A stretch of 49,828 nucleotides of DNA from Candidatus Geohabitans tengchongensis (GTDB taxonomy: Bacteria > Sysuimicrobiota > Sysuimicrobiia > Sysuimicrobiales > Humicultoraceae). Below, in pieces: positions 43,885-49,828 of the stretch. The first letter of the stretch is position 1, and the number at the start of each line of letters is the position of its first letter. Location: contig JAVKIH010000001.1 of NCBI GenBank assembly GCA_031459625.1, positions 58,390-108,217 on the forward strand. Direction: 5' to 3'. The notes under the pieces are model-generated. The model saw nothing but the letters and a program-made list of their open reading frames with translations, had not been told where the DNA came from and made no database searches. A program made the translations under genes and the position numbers.

Positions 43885-44322
43885 ATGCGGCAGTATGAGC
43901 TGATCGGGATCGTGCGTCCCGACCTCGAGCCCGACGCCGTCCAGGCCGTGGTGGAGCGCATCGGCCGACGGGTCGCCGAGGCCGGCGGCACCGTGGACGT
44001 CGTCGACGTCTGGGGGAAGCGGCGGCTGGCCTACGCCATCGGCCGGTACCGGGAAGGGATCTACTTCCTGCTCCGGTTCACGGTGCCGAAGGAGGCCGTA
44101 CCCGAGCTGAAGCGCCTGACGCGCATTATGGACGAGGTGATGCGCGCCCTGATCGTCGTGGCGCAGGGACCGCTGCCGGCGCCGAAGGCTGCGCCCGAGC
44201 GGGGCACTGAGCCGGTGCGGGCCGGCGAACCGGGACGGGCCGGCGCCGACCGGGGGACCGAACCTAGCCGGGCGGCCAAGACGGCGGAGCCCGCTGGAGA
44301 GGCGGTCCGGCCTCCGGCATGA
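43885..44322 (+). CDS. rpsF: 30S ribosomal protein S6 with C-terminal extension
   Basis: MRQYELIGIVRP, WGKRRLAYAI, EGIY. Confidence 0.95.
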   Translation: MRQYELIGIVRPDLEPDAVQAVVERIGRRVAEAGGTVDVVDVWGKRRLAYAIGRYREGIYFLLRFTVPKEAVPELKRLTRIMDEVMRALIVVAQGPLPAPKAAPERGTEPVRAGEPGRAGADRGTEPSRAAKTAEPAGEAVRPPA

Positions 44323-44359
44323 GTGGAGCGCCGTCAGCACGGCGCGAGGGGGGAGGACC

Positions 44360-44758
44360 ATGTTGAACCGCATCATCCTGATCGGCCGGCTGACGCGCGA
44401 CCCCGAGCTGCGCTACGTGCCGAGCGGCCAGCCGGTGGCGTCGTTCACCCTGGCGGTGGACCGCCCGTTCACCAACCAGGCCGGCGAGCGGGAGACCGAC
44501 TTCATCGACGTGGTGGCCTGGCGCAAGCTGGCCGACCAGGTGGCGCAGCACCTGACCAAAGGCCGGCTGGTCGCGGTCGAAGGGCGGCTGCAGATCCGCA
44601 GCTACGAGACCCAGGAGGGGCAGAAGCGCAAGGTGGCCGAGGTGGTGGCCGACGCGGTACGCTTCCTCGACCGGAAGGCGGCGCCGGTAGCAGCCGGGGC
44701 CGTCGCCGCTGCCGAGGAGGGGGAGGAGTTTGGGGGGGCCGACGACGTGCCCTTCTAG
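44360..44758 (+). CDS. ssb: Single-stranded DNA-binding protein
   Basis: LNRIILIGRLTRDPELRY, VEGRLQ, C-terminal DDVPF. Confidence 0.97.
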   Translation: MLNRIILIGRLTRDPELRYVPSGQPVASFTLAVDRPFTNQAGERETDFIDVVAWRKLADQVAQHLTKGRLVAVEGRLQIRSYETQEGQKRKVAEVVADAVRFLDRKAAPVAAGAVAAAEEGEEFGGADDVPF

Positions 44759-44795
44759 CCGCCCTCAGAGGTGAACCAGGGAGGAGCATCGATTC

Positions 44796-45050
44796 ATGGC
44801 TGAACGTGAGGAGCGGGCGCGGAAGCCCTGGCGCGGCCGGCGCCCGCGGCGAAAGGTGTGCGCCTTCTGTGCGGAGAGGGCGACCTTCATCGACTACAAG
44901 GACGCCGGAAAGCTCCGCCGCTATGTGACGGAGCGGGGGAAGATCGTGCCCCGACGGGTCTCGGGTACCTGCGCCCGGCACCAGCGGGCGCTGGCGGTGG
45001 CCATCAAGCGGGCCAGGGAGCTGGCGATGTTGCCCTACACCAGCGAATAG
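44796..45050 (+). CDS. rpsR: 30S ribosomal protein S18 (zinc-binding form)
   Basis: [30 protein letters not shown]. Confidence 0.97.
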   Translation: MAEREERARKPWRGRRPRRKVCAFCAERATFIDYKDAGKLRRYVTERGKIVPRRVSGTCARHQRALAVAIKRARELAMLPYTSE

Positions 45051-45091
45051 GGGCGATGGGCGGAACCGTCCTAGGGCGCTGGTCAAGTATT

Positions 45092-45105
45092 CGAACAAAA
45101 GTTCG
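45092..45105. promoter_or_regulatory. LexA (SOS) box upstream of yybS-rplI-lonC
   Basis: CGAAC-AAAA-GTTCG, perfect consensus. Confidence 0.8.
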
Positions 45106-45219
45106 TATATCTGGGCGCAGAGAGCCTGGCCGAGTGTTCGGATAGCCGGGCTCCCAGGGGCGGGCTACCATGAGGAGGCGGGGGATGACCCCCGCCTCCC
45201 GTGCGTTGACCCGAGGGCC

Positions 45220-46296
45220 ATGTCCAGGATCCGCAGTGAAGCGAGCGTCTCCGTCAGGGGGGCTTCCACTCCCGCCAGGGGGACGTCCACCCGCGGCCTG
45301 ACCGAGGGGGCCATCCAGGCGGCGCTGGTGACCGTCCTCGCGCTGGGTGCGCGGTACGTCCCGCTGCTCGCGGTCGTCACGACCTTCCTCATCCCGCTGC
45401 CGCTGGCCGTGCTGGTCATCCGCCACGGGATCCGCCCCGCCGTGCTGGCCGCCGTCGTGGCGGGCCTCATCGCCGGGGCGCTCGCGGGCCCGCTGACCGG
45501 GTTCGGGATCCTCGCCACGGTGGCGCCATTGGGCATCGTGCTCGGGCTGGGCGCGCGTGCCGGCCGCTCGGCGCCGGCGCTCCTCGGGATGCTCACGCTG
45601 GTCTCCGTGGCCGCCCTCCTCCTCAACCTGGTGCTGACCCTGGCGCTGGCCGACGTCAACCCCTACCAGGTCATGATCGAGTCGATGCGGCGAGGACAGG
45701 AGGCGAGCGAGGCCTTCTACCGCCGCCTGGGCATCCCACCGGAACAGCTCGAGGCCACCAGCCGGCAGGTCAGGCAGGTCCTGGCGCTGATGCCCCGCCT
45801 CATCCCCGTGCTGATCGTGCTCGGTGGGGTGATGAGCGCCTGGATCAACTACCAGGTGGCCCGGGCCGTCCTGGGCCGGCTGGGCTACACCTTGCCGGCA
45901 CTGCCGCCGGCCTCCACCTGGCGCCTCCCGGCCTATGTGCTGTGGCTCCTCCCGGCGGGCCTCCTCTTGACGGCCACCGCCGGCCCGGTGCGGCCCCCGG
46001 AGGGCGAGACGGCTCCGCCGATGGCGATCCCAGCCGTGGTGGGGCTCAACATCCTCTACGGGGTGCAGATGGCCTTCGCCGTCCAGGGCATCCTGGTGGC
46101 CTGGGTGGCCCTGCGGCGGTACATCCTCCTGCCGTTCCTGCGGGTGGTGATCCTGCTCTTCGTGGTGCTGAACCCCGTGCTGGGGGTCGTCGTCACCCTG
46201 GCCGGCATGGCGGACTCGGTCTTCCGCCTGCGGGAGCGGCTCGACCCGAGCCTGGCCCGCAGCACACCGGCTGCGGGCGCGGAGGTCCGGTCGTGA
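45220..46296 (+). CDS. YybS/DUF2232-family membrane protein
   Basis: TRGLTEGA, PLPL, multiple TM segments; position between rpsR and rplI. Confidence 0.85.
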   Translation: MSRIRSEASVSVRGASTPARGTSTRGLTEGAIQAALVTVLALGARYVPLLAVVTTFLIPLPLAVLVIRHGIRPAVLAAVVAGLIAGALAGPLTGFGILATVAPLGIVLGLGARAGRSAPALLGMLTLVSVAALLLNLVLTLALADVNPYQVMIESMRRGQEASEAFYRRLGIPPEQLEATSRQVRQVLALMPRLIPVLIVLGGVMSAWINYQVARAVLGRLGYTLPALPPASTWRLPAYVLWLLPAGLLLTATAGPVRPPEGETAPPMAIPAVVGLNILYGVQMAFAVQGILVAWVALRRYILLPFLRVVILLFVVLNPVLGVVVTLAGMADSVFRLRERLDPSLARSTPAAGAEVRS

Positions 46297-46330
46297 ACCG
46301 CGCGGGCCTGATGCGAGGCGAGGTTTGGCC

Positions 46331-46780
46331 GTGAAGGTGATCCTGCTGCGCGAAGTCCCGTCCCTGGGGGCGGCGGGGGCGCTCGTCGAGGTCAAGGAGG
46401 GCTACGCCCGCAACTACCTCTTCCCGCGCGGGCTGGCGCGCGAGGCCACCGAGGGGGCCATCCGGGCACAGGAGCAGGCGGCGCGCGCGGCGCAGGAGCG
46501 CCGAGCCCGCGAGGCCCGGGAAGCGGACGCCCTGGCCCGGGCCCTGGAGGCGCTCGTCCTGGAGGTGCCGGCCAAGGCGGGCGCGGAGGGGCGGCTCTTC
46601 GGCGCCGTCACCGCGCAGCAGATCGCGCAGGCCCTGGCGGCCCGCGGACACGCGGTGGACCGGCGGCAGGTCGTCCTCCCCCATCCGGTCAAGACCCTGG
46701 GGATCCACCACGTGGAGGTGCGCCTCCCGCACGGGCGCACGGTCACCCTGACCGTGAACGTCGTCCCGCTCGGACGGTGA
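46331..46780 (+). CDS. rplI: 50S ribosomal protein L9
   Basis: KVILL..V.SLG..G..VEVKEGYARNYL.P and GRLFGAVT. Confidence 0.96.
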   Translation: MKVILLREVPSLGAAGALVEVKEGYARNYLFPRGLAREATEGAIRAQEQAARAAQERRAREAREADALARALEALVLEVPAKAGAEGRLFGAVTAQQIAQALAARGHAVDRRQVVLPHPVKTLGIHHVEVRLPHGRTVTLTVNVVPLGR

Positions 46781-46787
46781 TGGCGTC

Positions 46788-48683
46788 ATGCCCCGTCGAT
46801 TTGCCCGTCGCCAGACCCTGCCGCAGAAGCTCCGCGGCACCGAACACCTGAAGCGCCAGGTCCAGGCCCTCTACGGGGTGCTCGCCAGCGTCTACGGCCA
46901 GGAGGCCCTGGCCGCCCGCGCCGCCGAGACCCAGAGCGACGCGCTGATGCGCAGCCCCCGCCTGCGCGACCGCATCCTGGCGCTGCAGCGGCTGGTGGGC
47001 CACGACGGGCAGACACCCCCGGCGGACGAGGCCGACCTCTCGGCGGCGCTGGAGGCGGTGGAGGATCGGGTAGCCGACCTCATCGCCCGCAAGAACCTCA
47101 CCGCCGAGCTGGAGCGGCGGGTACAGGAGCGACTGGAGGAGCAGCGGCAGGCGCTCATCCGCGAGTTGCGGCTGGAGCTGCTGCGGGAGGCGGAGGGGGT
47201 CGAGACGCCGCTCACCGAGCGGAAGCTCCAGGACCTCGAGCGCCTCGACCGGATCAGCCTGGCCCGCTCGGTCCTCGAGCAGCTGCGGCCGCGCACGCTC
47301 GGCCAGGTGGTCGGCCAGGAGCGGGCCATCCGGGCGCTGCTGAGCAAGCTGGCGGTCCCCTTCCCCCAGCACGTCATCCTCTACGGTCCGCCGGGGGTGG
47401 GCAAGACGACGGTGGCGCGGCTGGTGCTGGAGGCGGCGAAGCGGATGCGCACCACCCCCTTCGGTCCCGACGCCCCCTTCGTCGAGGTGGACGGCTCCGC
47501 GCTGCGCTGGGACGGCCGGGACGCCACCGACCCGCTGCTGGGGGCCGTGCACGACCCCATCTACCTGGGCGGGCGGCGCGACCTGGCCGAGAGCGGCATC
47601 CCCGAGCCCAAGCTCGGCCTGGTCACCAAGGCCCACGGGGGCGTGCTCTTCATCGACGAGATCGGCGAGCTCGACCCGATCCTGCAGGCGAAGCTGCTCA
47701 AGGTGCTGGAGGACAAACGAGTCTTCTTCGAGTCAGCGTACTACGACCCCTCCGACCCCCACCTGCCGCAGTACGTGCGCCGCCTCTTCGAGCGCGGGGC
47801 CCCCGCGGACTTCATCCTCATCGGGGCCACCACCCGCGAGCCGGACGAGATCAGCCCGATGATCCGCTCGCGCTGCGCCGAGATCTTCTTCGACCCGCTC
47901 TCGCCGGAGCACATCCGGCGCATCGTGCGCCAGGCGGCGCGGCGGCTGGGCGTGGAGATCGCGCGTCAGATCCCCGACCTGATCAGCGAGTACACGGTGG
48001 AGGGGCGCAAGGCGGTGAACCTGCTGGCGGATGCCTACGGCATGGCCCTCCACCGCCGGGGCGGCCGCGGGCGCGTGCGCATCACCCGGGAGGACCTCCT
48101 GGAGGTGGTGCGGACGAGCCGGCTGGCCCTCTCCGCCCCGGTGCGCGGGCAGGAGCGCACCGAGGTGGGGCGGGCCTTCGCGCTGGGGGTGGTGCACTAC
48201 GTCGGCTCGATCATCGAGATCGAGGCCAGCGCCTTCCCCGCCGCACGCAAGGGCCAGGGGACGATCCGCTTCAACGAGACCGCGGGGACGATGGCCAAGG
48301 ACGCCGTCTTCAACGCCGCCTCGGTGCTGCGCCGCATGGCCAACATCGACATCGCCCACTACGACCTGCACGTGAACGTCGTGGGCGGCGGCCTCATCGA
48401 CGGCCCCAGTGCCGGGCTGGCCATGCTGGTGGCGATGATGAGCGCCATCCAGCAGCGGCCGCTGCGCCAGGACGTGGCCATGACCGGCGAGGTGAGCATC
48501 CAGGGGAAGGTCCGGCAGGTGGGGGCCATCCCGGAGAAACTCTACGGGGCCCGCCAGGCCGGCATGCGCAAGGTCCTCATCCCGGCCGAGAACGCCCAGG
48601 ACGTCGGGCAGCCCCCGCGCGGGCTCGAGGTGGTGCCGGTGGCCACGGCCGCCGACGCCCTCCCGCACGTCTTCGCGAAGTAG
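46788..48683 (+). CDS. lonC: Lon-family ATP-dependent protease (LonC type)
   Basis: GPPGVGKT, LFIDEIGE, catalytic DGPSAG and EK dyad; located between rplI and dnaB. Confidence 0.88.
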   Translation: MPRRFARRQTLPQKLRGTEHLKRQVQALYGVLASVYGQEALAARAAETQSDALMRSPRLRDRILALQRLVGHDGQTPPADEADLSAALEAVEDRVADLIARKNLTAELERRVQERLEEQRQALIRELRLELLREAEGVETPLTERKLQDLERLDRISLARSVLEQLRPRTLGQVVGQERAIRALLSKLAVPFPQHVILYGPPGVGKTTVARLVLEAAKRMRTTPFGPDAPFVEVDGSALRWDGRDATDPLLGAVHDPIYLGGRRDLAESGIPEPKLGLVTKAHGGVLFIDEIGELDPILQAKLLKVLEDKRVFFESAYYDPSDPHLPQYVRRLFERGAPADFILIGATTREPDEISPMIRSRCAEIFFDPLSPEHIRRIVRQAARRLGVEIARQIPDLISEYTVEGRKAVNLLADAYGMALHRRGGRGRVRITREDLLEVVRTSRLALSAPVRGQERTEVGRAFALGVVHYVGSIIEIEASAFPAARKGQGTIRFNETAGTMAKDAVFNAASVLRRMANIDIAHYDLHVNVVGGGLIDGPSAGLAMLVAMMSAIQQRPLRQDVAMTGEVSIQGKVRQVGAIPEKLYGARQAGMRKVLIPAENAQDVGQPPRGLEVVPVATAADALPHVFAK

Positions 48684-48779
48684 TTGTCCCCAGCCGTCCA
48701 CAGGTTGTCCACCGGGTTATCCCCTCAACACCCCCCTGAAATCCCGTAGTTGTCCCCAGAGATTCCCTCATCATCCACA
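48684..48779 (+). promoter_or_regulatory. Cluster of co-oriented DnaA-box-like nonamers
   Basis: TTGTCCCCA 48684, CCGTCCACA 48694, TTGTCCACC 48705, TTATCCCCT 48717, TTGTCCCCA 48750, TCATCCACA 48771. Confidence 0.65.
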
Positions 48780-48862
48780 AGGGAATCCCCAGGGCCAGGA
48801 GGCAATCCCCTAGCCCGGAGTACTCCCCTCGCCGCAGGCAGAAGGAGGACCCCGTAAAAGCG

Positions 48863-48876
48863 CGAACATGTGTTCG
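48863..48876. promoter_or_regulatory. LexA (SOS) box upstream of dnaB
   Basis: CGAAC-ATGT-GTTCG, perfect consensus, 35 bp before the ATG. Confidence 0.85.
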
Positions 48877-48911
48877 ATTACAGGGACGAGACAACCCGGA
48901 GGCCGTCCTCG

Positions 48912-49828
48912 ATGCGCGTCATGCCGCTGGAGCGCATTCCCCCCCAGAGCCTCGAGGCCGAGCAGAGCGTGCTCGGCTCAATGCTCCTGGAGCGGGATGC
49001 CATTGCCAAGGTCGTGGAGATGCTGCGGGGGGAGGACTTCTACCGCGACGCCCACCGCCGGATCTTCGAGGCGATCACCGACCTCTTCGAGCGGGGAGAG
49101 CCGGTGGACCTGATCACCGTCACCGATCGCCTGCGCGCGCGGGGGCAGCTGGAGGACGTGGGCGGCGCCGCCTACCTGACCGCGCTGCTCGACGCCGTGC
49201 CGACGGCGGCCAACGTCGAGTACTACGCCCGCATCGTCCTGCAGAAGGCGCTGCTGCGCCAGCTCATCCACGCCGGCACCGAGATCGTCGGGCTGGGCTA
49301 CCGCGAGGAGCAGGACGTCGAGGTCCTGGTCGACCAGGCCGAGAAGCTCGTCTTCGCCATCGCCAACCGGCGCATGCAGGTCGACTTCGTCCCCATCCGG
49401 GACGTCCTGCGGGAGTCCTTCGACCGCATCGACCGCCGCTACCAGGACAAGGGGACGGTTACCGGGGTCCCCACCGGGTTCACCGACCTCGACCGGCTCA
49501 CCGCCGGGTTGCAACCCGCCGACCTGGTGATCGTGGCCGCCCGGCCCGGCATGGGCAAGTGTTTGAAGTACGATGCCGAGGTCGTCGACCCGTCCACCGG
49601 CGCGCTGCGCACCATCCAGGAGATCGTGGGGGCGCGCCAGGCTTCGCTCCTCACCCTCGACGACACCATGCACCTCACCGCCGCCGCCCCCGGCGCCTTC
49701 ATCGACGACGGGATCAAGCCGGTCTTCCGCGTCACGACGGGCAGCGGGCGGATGGTGGAGACCACCCTCACCCACCCCTTCCTCACCCCGCACGGCTGGC
49801 GCGCCCTCCACGACCTCGTCCCCGGCAC
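48912..49828 (+). CDS. dnaB: Replicative DNA helicase DnaB, intein-containing; 3'-truncated (not in the supplied ORF track)
   Basis: Manual translation: RIPPQSLEAEQSVLGSML, DFYRDAHRRIF, VPTAANVEYYA, GVPTGFTDLD, AARPGMGK. Confidence 0.96.
   Translation, partial: MRVMPLERIPPQSLEAEQSVLGSMLLERDAIAKVVEMLRGEDFYRDAHRRIFEAITDLFERGEPVDLITVTDRLRARGQLEDVGGAAYLTALLDAVPTAANVEYYARIVLQKALLRQLIHAGTEIVGLGYREEQDVEVLVDQAEKLVFAIANRRMQVDFVPIRDVLRESFDRIDRRYQDKGTVTGVPTGFTDLDRLTAGLQPADLVIVAARPGMGKCLKYDAEVVDPSTGALRTIQEIVGARQASLLTLDDTMHLTAAAPGAFIDDGIKPVFRVTTGSGRMVETTLTHPFLTPHGWRALHDLVPG
49560..49828 (+). mobile_element. Intein N-terminal splicing region inserted in the DnaB Walker A motif
   Basis: After ARPGMGK the sequence reads CLKYDAEV (block A, Cys1) and later ETTLTHPFLT (block B TxxH) instead of the expected T/S. 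Confidence 0.92.

Noticed and set aside
48684..48811. Possible oriC or CRISPR-like repeat
   Set aside because: No unwinding element or dnaA here, jag-rsmG-parAB synteny points to an origin left of the window, and the repeats are too short and irregular for CRISPR

Overview
Very GC-rich bacterial chromosome segment next to the replication origin. The gene order is Firmicute/Clostridia-like, but it also carries an Actinobacteria-style HspR heat-shock operon and Gram-positive-type LexA boxes; the taxon cannot be fixed from this window. Left to right: 3' end of jag/khpB, rsmG, parA, parB with two parS-like sites; HD, DUF4446 and PRTase genes; gcvT-H-PA-PB plus a Thr/Ser dehydratase; lexA with two operators and a coupled small membrane ORF; a TPR gene, trxA and trxB; hspR-hsp20-dnaK-grpE-dnaJ-clpB with a non-canonical operator; a fused membrane/spermidine-synthase gene, DUF951 and ychF. 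A ~19.5 kb accessory island lies between ychF and rpsF. It encodes GntR, an eIF2B/R15P-isomerase-like protein, an ADP-ribosylglycohydrolase, a sugar ABC importer, three nucleoside hydrolases, three PfkB kinases, an MFS, an ABC-2 module, one amidohydrolase and one decayed deaminase. The window ends with an S6:S18 leader, rpsF-ssb-rpsR-yybS-rplI-lonC, and an intein-containing dnaB preceded by a DnaA-box-like cluster and a perfect SOS box. The best candidates for novelty are the putative ADP-ribose/nucleoside catabolic island, the layered DnaA/LexA/intein control of dnaB, the lexA-coupled micro-membrane protein and the variant HspR operator. All calls come from motif reading only; no database searches were run.
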